From the NCBI GenBank assembly GCA_049512075.1, contig JBEKXL010000001.1:1-64000 (forward strand): DNA of 64,000 nucleotides. The letters are read 5' to 3'. A program made the translations under genes and the position numbers. Positions 1 to 9,024 of the stretch are shown here, in pieces. Each line of letters begins with the position of its first letter. Within the stretch, counting starts at the first letter, position 1. A model generated the notes under the pieces. That model worked only from the letters and a program-made list of their open reading frames with translations. It did no database searches and was not told the origin of the DNA. Source of the DNA: Candidatus Bathyarchaeia archaeon. GTDB taxonomy: Archaea > Thermoproteota > Bathyarchaeia > Bathyarchaeales > Bathycorpusculaceae.

Positions 1-1949
1 AGTTGCGACAGCGTGAAGGGTGCGTCGGCTAGGATGTTGCCGGATACCGCGGCTTGTCCTGGCCATAATCCGTGGAGGCCATCTGTTGCTGAGCCTTGTT
101 CAGCCAGGGTCAAGTTGTTGGGTACTATGTATTTGTACAGGTGTTCGGGCACGATTTCGCACATGGGCGTATACAGGCTTAACCAGCTGGGATTGGCGAC
201 TAGGATGGAGCATGTCCAGTTATCCCGCTGTGTGAAGTAGGGTGCGTAACCGTTTGAAGCGTTAACGCATAGCATCATATTGTAGTTGTTCCATGAGTCG
301 CCGTACAATGCGTTCTCATAAATCGTGTAGTTGAGGTCAGCCACCGTGAAAGGCACGCCATCCTGCCACGTAATATCATGTTTAAACCACAAAGTAACAT
401 TCGTCCATTGAGGATTAGAAGAGTTAGTCGGATCATCAATAAGCTGAACCTTCCAAGAATAAGCCATCCACGGCAAATCACCACCCGAAGGTACGCCTGT
501 GATCGCGCTGCCTGGAACCATCGTGTTATACGGGTTCGTAGCCAACGGATATGTGAAGATTTCGTCCAGAACCTGATAGTCGAAGGTTCCGTAGCTGAAG
601 ATTGGGTTCAACAGGTCTGGCGGGTTGTAACATCCGTAGTAGATGATGTTACTGTCAGGTGTGGCTGAGGGAGTGCCATTATACACGATTGTGTTGGTCT
701 TCCTTGAGCCCAGCGTTATCCAGTTCATGAGTTGGGTTGGACCCCCATTGCTGTTGCCTTGCGTGCCGTAGCCAAGTTCATCGATCTGGCCTAACATGCC
801 GGTCTTGTAAGCACAGTAGGTTGCAGGTGTGTAGACGCTGACCAGGTACGACTCCATAACGAGTATGTCTTGAACATTGTTAGAGGATACCTGGTACAGA
901 GCCTGAGTCGGGTCTGTGTACATCTTAGTCGCCCAATATGTCATGTTTGCGTCGTCAATCAGGTATGGGTTCGGACCACCAGGATAGATTCCTACGGGTG
1001 TGCATTCCGTGTAGAACCAGTTTGGCGGTGCGCCCATGCTGTAGCCCAAGGTTGCAAAGTCGTATGTCTGTGCGTCAAGCACGTAAGGTCTCAAGGCAGA
1101 CAAGCTTGCTTTGTAATTTTCAACGTAAGGACAACCAATTGCCTTCAGCTCGTTGCAGAACAGGTCACCCAAGTCTTTACGACCGTCGTTGCTTCGGACG
1201 TAACCAATCAGCGGGTTAAGTGGGGTGTTTGCAAATGCAGCGTTAACAGTGGCTAGTGGGTCGCCGCGGCCCCATTGACCGTTGGGGTCGTTACCGGAGT
1301 ACACGACACCGCTCGCAGTGCCGCCAGCGGTTGAAAGCGAACCAGTGCCACCACCATAGGCTGCGAGCAAATCTGCAAAGGTTGGATAGACTATGTGGCT
1401 GTACCATCCGCCTCCGTAGAGAATGTATAGGGAGTTCGTAACATTGAATTCCCACGGATAGTTCGGATACGAAACTGCTGGGTTCACGAATACGGACATC
1501 GAGGGCTGTGGAATCTGGGTGTCATCTCTACATGCGAAACCACCCAGAACTGGCCCATTGATAACGCCGAATTTGTCAACTAGACAGTTCAAAGCGTTTC
1601 GGAAGTCCGTAAAATTCATGGGGCTTCTGCGATCCATGTTTACGCCATCAGTCCAGTTATTATTGAAAGCCAACTCGTACTCGCCATAACCACACAATGG
1701 TTCGACAATGATACCTGTGTTGTTTATTGCTGTTTGATATTCTGCCTTCGTCAGGGGCCAGCCCATAACGTCAACGCCGCCCGAGCTGTCAGGCGTCAAT
1801 AGGGCAGTGAATAAAGAGTTTTGACTGGCAAAGTATCTGTATTGGATTACGTTCATGTTTGCCGGGGTAACTGCAAATGCTTCACGTGTTGCAGGCGCCA
1901 CAATCGTAAAGGCAAGAACTACACAAACCAATACCGCAATGACCTTCAA
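1..1949 (-). CDS. ABC transporter family 5 (peptide/nickel) substrate-binding protein, runs off the window edge
   Basis: Not in the ORF track; start and a distal segment read manually. TTG start gives signal peptide MKVIAVLVCVVLAFTIVAP, then FNNN..DFRNALNCLVDK and later ITWQDGVPFTVADLNYT, typical SBP family 5 motifs. Confidence 0.8.
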   Translation of the reverse strand, partial: MKVIAVLVCVVLAFTIVAPATREAFAVTPANMNVIQYRYFASQNSLFTALLTPDSSGGVDVMGWPLTKAEYQTAINNTGIIVEPLCGYGEYELAFNNNWTDGVNMDRRSPMNFTDFRNALNCLVDKFGVINGPVLGGFACRDDTQIPQPSMSVFVNPAVSYPNYPWEFNVTNSLYILYGGGWYSHIVYPTFADLLAAYGGGTGSLSTAGGTASGVVYSGNDPNGQWGRGDPLATVNAAFANTPLNPLIGYVRSNDGRKDLGDLFCNELKAIGCPYVENYKASLSALRPYVLDAQTYDFATLGYSMGAPPNWFYTECTPVGIYPGGPNPYLIDDANMTYWATKMYTDPTQALYQVSSNNVQDILVMESYLVSVYTPATYCAYKTGMLGQIDELGYGTQGNSNGGPTQLMNWITLGSRKTNTIVYNGTPSATPDSNIIYYGCYNPPDLLNPIFSYGTFDYQVLDEIFTYPLATNPYNTMVPGSAITGVPSGGDLPWMAYSWKVQLIDDPTNSSNPQWTNVTLWFKHDITWQDGVPFTVADLNYTIYENALYGDSWNNYNMMLCVNASNGYAPYFTQRDNWTCSILVANPSWLSLYTPMCEIVPEHLYKYIVPNNLTLAEQGSATDGLHGLWPGQAAVSGNILADAPFTLSQ

Positions 1950-2187
1950 ATCAAACCCTTCCACCAATACAAATGGCGCGAATGACCAATTAAAAGTTTG
2001 CCCAAATCAACAGCCCACATTCGGTTTCGTATCAAAACCATCATAAATAACAACCAAAAATGATGAATCCATCGAAGAACACCACGCGCAGTCCGTTGCT
2101 AGACAAGACCCCTGATCACTGTAGCGCGCGCTGCGTTTGATACAATATTGGCCGTGATTAATCATTGTGCTCATAGAGACGCGCGCG

Positions 2188-2238
2188 AAAATCTACAACT
2201 ATGCAAGAACAGCAGAAGAAATACAGAGCCATTATGCG
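2188..2238 (+). pseudogene. 17-codon remnant resembling the end of a LamG/concanavalin A-like domain
   Basis: Translates KIYNYARTAEEIQSHYA (cf. LamG DEVKIYNxALSxEEI); no start codon; flanked by CGCGCGCG and GCGTGCGC. Confidence 0.5.
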
Positions 2239-2358
2239 TGCGCTATGACGGCTGGGAACTGAAACAGGCATTGAGCAATTATGAATACTTGCTTGAAAAG
2301 GCGTGAAATCGCAATAGAGACTTGAGTCAATGCTACAAGAGATCTCTTGTTAGGTCTC

Positions 2359-2520
2359 TTAGGGGTAGTGTTGTCCGTAGTGGTTGGGCATTAAGAATAG
2401 ATCTGACGAGCCCACAATATTGTTGCCGTTTATGTCCGCGTTTGGATTCCAATTGACGCTGCTTGGCATAGACTTGCAGGCGTTTGCTAGAATAGTCAAG
2501 TCTGACAGAACGACTTTAAA
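2359..2520 (-). pseudogene. Degenerate dockerin-like C-terminal fragment (copy 2)
   Basis: FKVVLSDLTILANA..WNPNADINGNNIVGSSDL..HYGQHYP*; first Ca-binding loop missing; joined to the T-run that ends copy 1. Confidence 0.75.
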
Positions 2521-2841
2521 AAAAAGAAGACGGTTGTGGGTAGTGTTGGTTGTAGTGTTTGGCCATGATGGAAAGGTCGGATAGGCCAACTGTGCCGTCG
2601 CTGTTTATGTCCGCGTTGGCGTTCCACTTTGCATCGCCTTGCTTGGTGTTGTAAGCCTTTGCGAGGATGGATAGATCAGACAGGCTGACTTTGAAGTCGC
2701 CGTTGAGATCGCCAGGAATTGTTACAATTGCCCAGATTGGCGCGAGCAAGTTGTTGGTCGTGTCCGTTTCGCTAGGAACTGGAGAAATGTAGGCGCTTAG
2801 TGTGTAGTTGCCGAAGGCGAAACCTGTCGTGCTCTATGAGA
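2516..2841 (-). pseudogene. 3' remnant of a CARDB plus dockerin-like surface protein gene (copy 1)
   Basis: TTGFAFGNYTLSAYISPVPSETDTTNN then PGDLNGDFKVSLSDL..ADINSDGTVGLSDL; in-frame TAG at 2834-2836; no 5' part. Confidence 0.8.
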
Positions 2842-2849
2842 GCGCGCGC

Positions 2850-3087
2850 CGACTATGCTCACGAAGTTCGTGACACCTTCTATGTCCAAGACTTTGCTGG
2901 CCACAGAGACATCAAGTCAACAATGCTCTACATCCATTTGGAGAAAAAAATCTACAAAAACCCTGTGAACGAAGACTTCTATGTAGCAAGTGCCAAAACC
3001 ATTGATGAAGCGTCCAGCCTAATAGCTATGGGCTACGAATTTGTCCATGAATACAGCGGAGTGATGCTCTTTCGCAAACGCAAGTAG
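2850..3087 (+). pseudogene. C-terminal fragment of a tyrosine recombinase/integrase
   Basis: VQDFAGHRDIKSTMLY (box II H/Y motif) plus AKTIDEASSLIAMGYEFV..FRKRK tail; catalytic R and HxxR region absent. Confidence 0.8.
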
Positions 3088-3190
3088 CTCTCGAAAAATA
3101 AGCTATATATCCGCAGATATAAGTCATAAATCGTAATATAGGTTAAATCTTTTAAAGGATGAAGGATATACAAGAAAAGGACAGGATGAT

Positions 3191-3529
3191 GTGAAAATGA
3201 AAGATGGAGAAGAGAAGAAGGCGATACACATTCTGACGGACCCGAAACTTTCGGCGATCAAGGCTATGCTTGAAAAAGACCACGCTATAGACTGCATTCT
3301 GTTGCTGCACATCAGTCGTGGAAAATGGAAAGAGGCGAAAGACTTCATGCGCCAACACCGGCTGACGCTCAGCGACGGCACCTTCAGGGCCAGAATGATA
3401 GAAATCGAACACTTAGGGCTGGCTAAGAGCGAGCGGATAGACCCGCTCAAGAAGCTCTACAAGATAACACCACAAGGCAGGAAAATCGCGGAGCTACTCA
3501 TAGGACTGTTTGACAAACTGGAAGAATAA
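3191..3529 (+). CDS. Winged helix-turn-helix transcriptional regulator
   Basis: LSDGTFRARMIEIEHLGLAKSE..YKITPQGRKIA wing motif. Confidence 0.75.
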   Translation: MKMKDGEEKKAIHILTDPKLSAIKAMLEKDHAIDCILLLHISRGKWKEAKDFMRQHRLTLSDGTFRARMIEIEHLGLAKSERIDPLKKLYKITPQGRKIAELLIGLFDKLEE

Positions 3530-3728
3530 ACCCGAAAAACACGAACACGCACAACTGTACAACACTTTCTTTTTCAACGTTCAGGACGCACTAGGCTAGG
3601 TGTACTTCCTTGGGATATGCGTATTTTTGTCATACAAATAGGTAATCTTGTGTAGTGAGTCGTAAGATTTAAAAGCTTAGCCTCCACTAAAATACTCAAT
3701 AACTCCAGAAGGAGGGATAAAAAAGAAA

Positions 3729-4139
3729 ATGAAGATATTGAGAAGCAGAAAAGCCCTAAGCCCGGTAGTAGCCTCAATCATACTCATCGCCGTGACAGTC
3801 GCAGTCAGCATAGCAGTAGCAGCATGGATGGGAGCACTAACCTTCAACTTCATGGCAACAGAACAGGGACAAATATGGAACCTTCAGTTCACAGCAGGAA
3901 ACCCAGGTGGAACTATTCTGGTCACATTCAACAACACTGGAACTACTCCGATAACACTCAACCAAGCATGGGTAAAGGGTATACAGGCAACCGTTGGAGC
4001 CTTGCCTCAAACTGTTACAGCCAATAATGGGACCCAAATCACCATAACGATGACCATCATCTCAGGCGCCTCTTACGAAGTCAAACTTACGTCTTCAAAG
4101 GGCAACACGTTCCTCAGGACCGGTGTGGCTCCCAGCTAA
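3729..4139 (+). CDS. Archaeal type IV pilin/archaellin-like protein with class III signal peptide
   Basis: RSRKA|LSPVVASIILIAVTVAVSIAVAAWM; Thr-rich beta domain with NxT sequons; T-rich terminator-like tract at about 4141-4152. Confidence 0.9.
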   Translation: MKILRSRKALSPVVASIILIAVTVAVSIAVAAWMGALTFNFMATEQGQIWNLQFTAGNPGGTILVTFNNTGTTPITLNQAWVKGIQATVGALPQTVTANNGTQITITMTIISGASYEVKLTSSKGNTFLRTGVAPS

Positions 4140-4215
4140 TCTCCCCTTTTTGTCAAGATTGGGGGGGTACCAGAATCCAGTTTCCCATATTGTTTCCTGT
4201 TTGGAGGTGCAATAA

Positions 4216-4641
4216 ATGGTTGTGGAAATAAAAGAGTACGGTTCAGCAGAAGAGATAGCCGAAACCTTGGACAAGGAGATTTCCGAAACTAAGAGTACGT
4301 TAGGCGAGTACCTGCGACGGCTGGACGACATCAGAGCTTTGGCAGAGAAGTCGAAGAAGATTCGTGAGGTAGTCATGAAGCTCGCCGGCAAAAAAGCGTC
4401 GTCTGAAAGCTTGGGAGAGATTTCAGTCGGCAGCTTGAGCATAGTGCTGGACGCAAATCCTTTCCACGAGTTGACGGCCATCGAAGAGGTTGTGCGAAGC
4501 CATCAGGAAAGACTCCTGGTTTTGCAGAAGGCCCGCGACGCGTTGAAGTGGCTAGACCAGCTCGGCGACACCGAAGGCCTCAAATACCTCGTCATTGAGA
4601 GCGACGGCGTTCCTGAACGAATACTCTTCAGAATAACTTAG
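4216..4641 (+). CDS. Hypothetical protein, helix-hairpin-helix coiled-coil pattern
   Basis: 141 aa ORF with GGAGG upstream; two long amphipathic helices around a beta-rich segment. Confidence 0.7.
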   Translation: MVVEIKEYGSAEEIAETLDKEISETKSTLGEYLRRLDDIRALAEKSKKIREVVMKLAGKKASSESLGEISVGSLSIVLDANPFHELTAIEEVVRSHQERLLVLQKARDALKWLDQLGDTEGLKYLVIESDGVPERILFRIT

Positions 4642-4661
4642 CCTCATGAGAAGGGAAAACC

Positions 4662-5474
4662 ATGGAAAACGACGTTTACTCCTTTGCCCTAAGGAACACT
4701 CTGACCGAGATCACTAACGCGTGCCCGGACATTCTAAGCATCTTCTTGTTCAAAGAAGACGGCGACATCATAAGCGGAGAAGAAAAAGCTCAGGAAGAAG
4801 CCGCGGTGCACACTGTTGACGCTCTTGATGACGTTCTGGAAAAAGCCAAAGCTCTAGGCGGCGCAGAAAGCATACGCCTTGAGGGCACCAAGGGCACAGT
4901 CAATGTTTCGCGCGTAAACGACTTTTACCTGGTAACCGTAGTTCCCGAAAAGGCGGACCTGAAATACATAAATATCTTCACCAATGCCCTTCTTCCGACA
5001 GTTTTAAAACTTCTTGACAAAATCGCCCCCGCCCTCAACAGAAACAGCCCGTCTGAAACTGAAAACGAAGAGCCCAGGGTCAGACCAGTCATCAAGCCCA
5101 ATGAAGAATCTACCGAAGAGGCTGCGGAGAAGCACGAAGAACACGAGGCGGCTGAAGCTAACCCAGAAAAAATTCTTCCAGAGCCTCAAGTAAACCAGTT
5201 CATCGTGGAGAACGTCGGAGGCCTGTTTGCATCATCAGATACCGTGCGCATCGACTGCGACACACTGTCACAATGGACAGAACTGTATGAAGACAAAAAG
5301 ATCGAGGAAGCCACAGTCGAGACCTTCCTAGGAAAATCAGTCCGCTGCAAACTCAAACCATTAAAGAACGCAAAACTCGAAGGAAAGGGTATCATACAGA
5401 TTCCCGAAAAAATCCAACAAACGCTGGACATAAGGAAAGGCGAACTCGTCAGGGTTAAACCAGTAATCGAGTGA
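4662..5474 (+). CDS. Roadblock/LC7-like domain, acidic linker and double-psi beta-barrel-like C-terminal domain
   Basis: N-terminal ILSIFLFKEDGDII roadblock pattern; C-terminal TVRID..GIIQIPEKIQQTLDIRKGELVRVKP resembles CDC48-N. Confidence 0.65.
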   Translation: MENDVYSFALRNTLTEITNACPDILSIFLFKEDGDIISGEEKAQEEAAVHTVDALDDVLEKAKALGGAESIRLEGTKGTVNVSRVNDFYLVTVVPEKADLKYINIFTNALLPTVLKLLDKIAPALNRNSPSETENEEPRVRPVIKPNEESTEEAAEKHEEHEAAEANPEKILPEPQVNQFIVENVGGLFASSDTVRIDCDTLSQWTELYEDKKIEEATVETFLGKSVRCKLKPLKNAKLEGKGIIQIPEKIQQTLDIRKGELVRVKPVIE

Positions 5475-5487
5475 CTGAGGCTTCAAC

Positions 5488-5883
5488 ATGGTTAAGCAAA
5501 AGAAAAACCTTCAAGAAACTGCCAGCGAACTCGAACCGATAGCCATTGAGAAAGCAACATGCGAAGACAACGTGCGACCTATCTTAGAAGAAATCAAGAA
5601 ATCCGACGGAGTCATAGGCTACATCCTCAGAAACACCACGTCAGCAACAATAGATCTCAACGATCCAACCAAAGTAATAGACTACGCAACTCTCTCTTCC
5701 TCAACCTTCGAAGCAAGCGAACAACTCTCAGAACTGTTCGATCTGGGCAAAATCAAAAACATCACCGTGGAAGGAAAAGACACAAACACGCTCCACCTGA
5801 ACATTGACGAAAACAACATAAGCATCTTCATGGAAAAAAATGTAGACGCAAAGAAAATCCTCGAAAAAATGCATACACTATAA
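5488..5883 (+). CDS. Roadblock/LC7 domain protein
   Basis: ILEEIKKSDGVIGYILRN..ELFDLGKIKNITVEG pattern. Confidence 0.75.
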   Translation: MVKQKKNLQETASELEPIAIEKATCEDNVRPILEEIKKSDGVIGYILRNTTSATIDLNDPTKVIDYATLSSSTFEASEQLSELFDLGKIKNITVEGKDTNTLHLNIDENNISIFMEKNVDAKKILEKMHTL

Positions 5884-6249
5884 GGACACACAGCAAATCA
5901 GCTGCGCATCCTGTGGACGTTCAACAGTTCTTTCCTGAGACAAGCCGCTCGAGAACTTTACAAAGCACGAAGTATCCTTTTTTCTTCGTCCAGAGTTTTG
6001 GAATTTTCCCAGTTTTGTGTCAGATTTGCAATGTGAAACCTGTTTTTATGCCATGATTTACCGAGCTAGTTTCCTCTGGCCCCCACGGGAAAGAGCACGT
6101 TCATAGTCCGCATGCAACCGATCAAACAGCGGATCCATGAATTGCGGGATTCCTGTTCTATGTTCTTTTTGGGAATATTGTGGTGAGAGAAATAAAGTAT
6201 TATCTATTAAGATACAACTTAATCAATGTTGACGTTAAGGTGGAAGACC

Positions 6250-6540
6250 ATGCTCAAAAAAACGGAATTCTGCGAAGAAATCAACACGAATCAACAGGTT
6301 GACGCTAAAAAAACGATAGAGGCTACCTTGCAAAAGCTGCAAGCTTTAAAGAGTAGAATATCAGAATTGAGAGCCCATTATGAAGAACTTCAAAAAACAC
6401 ACGCTGAAGATCAAAGCAGTTTACGTTGCGACGAATGTGGGGGTGGCATAGAGCCGGGGCAGGAAGTCGAGGCCAAGAACTTCAGTGAAAAAACGCATCA
6501 TTACCATAAGGAATGTTTCCGAAAACTCTGGCAACAATGA
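6250..6540 (+). CDS. Coiled-coil protein with C-terminal LIM-like zinc finger
   Basis: Heptad-rich N-terminal half, then CDECGGGI..HYHKECF. Confidence 0.6.
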   Translation: MLKKTEFCEEINTNQQVDAKKTIEATLQKLQALKSRISELRAHYEELQKTHAEDQSSLRCDECGGGIEPGQEVEAKNFSEKTHHYHKECFRKLWQQ

Positions 6541-6566
6541 TCCTTGTAAGTGCATCCCGCAAACCG

Positions 6567-6836
6567 CTAGACACGCGCTTGTTTTCTTCGACGAAGCTTA
6601 AGTGTCTCTCGCAGAGTCTTCTCAGCAGTTGCAACGGAGAAGAGCAGGTCGTCGATGGTGGCGATAAACGTTGGAAAACCTTGATGACATTTTATCCGGG
6701 TAACCACTTTTGCCTTTTCGGTTCTTGTCTTGACTGATAGGCCTGTCGGCGTTCCATAATTGTCTGGGGACACAGCGTCAGCGATGGCTTCGGCTATGTT
6801 CGTATCATCATACTCTATTGCTATTTCAGCTTCCAC
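6567..6836 (-). CDS. pcc1: KEOPS complex subunit Pcc1
   Basis: AEAIADAVSPDN..ATIDDLL; position after DHH gene. Confidence 0.85.
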   Translation of the reverse strand: MEAEIAIEYDDTNIAEAIADAVSPDNYGTPTGLSVKTRTEKAKVVTRIKCHQGFPTFIATIDDLLFSVATAEKTLRETLKLRRRKQARV

Positions 6837-8283
6837 TTCTCTCGCCTTTCAACTGTTTCCCGACCAGTTCATTCACGGTTTTTATGAAGTTGTCTATGTC
6901 TTCGATGGGTACCTGTGCGCCGGCGGCAACGTTGTGTCCTCCGCCTTTTCCTAGGAATTTTTCTGCTGCGGCCTGCATTATCTCTCCCAGGTTGAGGCCT
7001 CTGCTCGTGACCGTGTCCGATGCTCTTGCGCTGATTTTCGCGATGTCTTCTCCTTCGACGTTTGAGTAGGCGATCAAAGGTTTCTCAGGGTTTGGGAGGC
7101 TTCCTGAGAGTATGGATGAAATCGCGCCGATTATCTTGTCGTCTATGAAGCCCTCGCCAGAGACGACGTAGATGTTTTCAAACTCTTTGACGCGTTCGGG
7201 CTTCTCCATGACCCATCCTAGGTACTTGTTTAGCGTTCTTCTGTAATCGTCCAGAACCTTGTTTGCCCCTTCAAGCCCTTGCCCTCTGTCACCCATGCAC
7301 ACGGCTATTCCGAGACCAGGCTTGTCCATTCTACCAGTGGCATTCAACAGAACAGCAAATTCCCGGGCATCCCTGAGCGGAGTCCAAGGTTCTTCACGGT
7401 TCAAGATGTAAACGTGCCCTATGAGGTTTGAAACTTCGTAGCGCAAACCCTTCGAGAGCAGGTGATCTGCCAAAGCCGAACACAGTCGCTTCTTCTCTTC
7501 CTCTGAAAGGTCCCTAAGAGCCCGCCATTTGTCACCCTCCCTTGGTTTGATGCCTAGGCTTGCCAGAAAAGCCAAGCTCTTGTCTTCTTCACCGCTTATG
7601 CCCGGAATAAACGGGCTGGTAGTTGAAGCCAAGGTCTTATGGATGGGCCGAGTTTCCCTGCCGAAGAATATCAAATCTTTCTCCACAGTGAGAAGGCCCG
7701 AATTTCTCGCATCTCCAAGTATTCTCCCATTGAGTCCTCCGAGCATTCGCTGATCATACTTGTCCTGCATGTCTCCTAATGCCCCGACAACGGCGATTGG
7801 AGCCAAATCAACGTTGACCTTGTCAAGAGCATGGGCGACAAAATATGCCACACCCGCTCCGCTAACGTCCCTTGCGCCATCAATTCCATACAGATGCGGG
7901 TTCACATGAACAAAGTTGGCTGACTCCTTACCGATTATCTGATGGTGATCCAGGATGGCGATTTTGAAGTCAGCGAGTTTCTGACTTAACAAATCCACGT
8001 ATCCGCTTCCTAAATCGGTGAAAATCACCAACTGCGGCTTATCCGAGAGAATCTCGCCCACGATCTTCTGTTCAATCCACTGAGTTATTCGAATCCGAAA
8101 TCTCGCATCCAGCCTGAACAGCGCCTTTCCGATTATCCCCGCTGCTGCAACTCCATCAGCGTCCAAGTGTGAAAAAACATGGATAAACCCGTCTGCCTTA
8201 ACCGTCTCCAAAATCGTCTTGGCTGCCTCGTCAGCCGAATTCAGAAAACACGCAACCTGGTTCTCGTTTGAGGTTGAAGCCAT
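6826..8283 (-). CDS. DHH-family RecJ/Cdc45-like phosphoesterase
   Basis: HLDADG, TDLGSG, LDHH and GGGHNVAAG motifs. Confidence 0.92.
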   Translation of the reverse strand: MASTSNENQVACFLNSADEAAKTILETVKADGFIHVFSHLDADGVAAAGIIGKALFRLDARFRIRITQWIEQKIVGEILSDKPQLVIFTDLGSGYVDLLSQKLADFKIAILDHHQIIGKESANFVHVNPHLYGIDGARDVSGAGVAYFVAHALDKVNVDLAPIAVVGALGDMQDKYDQRMLGGLNGRILGDARNSGLLTVEKDLIFFGRETRPIHKTLASTTSPFIPGISGEEDKSLAFLASLGIKPREGDKWRALRDLSEEEKKRLCSALADHLLSKGLRYEVSNLIGHVYILNREEPWTPLRDAREFAVLLNATGRMDKPGLGIAVCMGDRGQGLEGANKVLDDYRRTLNKYLGWVMEKPERVKEFENIYVVSGEGFIDDKIIGAISSILSGSLPNPEKPLIAYSNVEGEDIAKISARASDTVTSRGLNLGEIMQAAAEKFLGKGGGHNVAAGAQVPIEDIDNFIKTVNELVGKQLKGERSGS

Positions 8284-8384
8284 GGGCTATCACTGTAGGC
8301 TAGAGGATCAAGTTATTTAAGGATTTAAGACTGGCAACACGCATTTTTCTATGTGTAGGCAAAAAAAATTCTAACTAAAGACGT

Positions 8385-8828
8385 TTAGGTTATCGAAGCT
8401 ATTTTCGCCACATACTTCCAGTTTGGAGGCAGGATGCCCTTATGCTTGTAGTATCTTGAGATTTTGTGTATCTTCGCCTCAATCAGCTGAAGGGCCCTTT
8501 TGTTAATCTGATCAGTTCTGTTCTTTTCAAGATGAAGAGAAAGGCTCTCAGCTTTCTTGAGCAGACTTGCCAAGTCTTCAGGCAATGATGGAGCAAGCTC
8601 GTTTTCTTTGAGCACCACCATCACCCTTTTTCCGATTATCGGCTTTGCCAACGGAATCGCGTGCTGATCTCTAAGTATCGTCCCGATGCGACTGGGAGAG
8701 TTGCCCTCCTTCCCCAGTTTCACGATCAAAGCCTCTACCTCTTCCGGCTGATACTTGCACCAGCTCGGAGGGCGTTTGCTAACTGGTCTTATCTGATGAG
8801 ACTTTCCCTTTTCTTGTTTAGGCATCAA
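8385..8828 (-). CDS. rps15: 30S ribosomal protein uS15 (S13e-like)
   Basis: GKSHQIRP..SRIGTILRDQH..LPEDL..IEAKIHKISRYYK. Confidence 0.95.
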   Translation of the reverse strand: MMPKQEKGKSHQIRPVSKRPPSWCKYQPEEVEALIVKLGKEGNSPSRIGTILRDQHAIPLAKPIIGKRVMVVLKENELAPSLPEDLASLLKKAESLSLHLEKNRTDQINKRALQLIEAKIHKISRYYKHKGILPPNWKYVAKIASIT

Positions 8829-9024
8829 CTATCCCTTAAACTCTGTATCAGCGAAGGTACGCGCATATTTAAGAATAACTGTCTCTTTCGACGACACATG
8901 CTCTTTTCATTCACTTCTGTTTTCTGAAGAGTTTCTTTCAACCAATCTCCCCAGCGTATTAGACCTCACTTCTGGCAATTTGCTGGCCGTTTCAAGCGGG
9001 CGCCTCCAATCTATGCGCATGCAT

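Noticed and set aside
13-1441. Short ORFs listed in the track at the window start
   Set aside because: They overlap the long minus-strand substrate-binding protein gene, which the track missed because its stop lies outside the window.
2359-2749. Dockerin pair as a diversity-generating retroelement TR/VR
   Set aside because: Differences are not adenine-specific and no reverse transcriptase is present.
5884-6249. About 365 bp non-coding gap as a possible ncRNA
   Set aside because: No convincing stem set or known RNA motif recognised by eye; an Infernal/Rfam scan would be needed.
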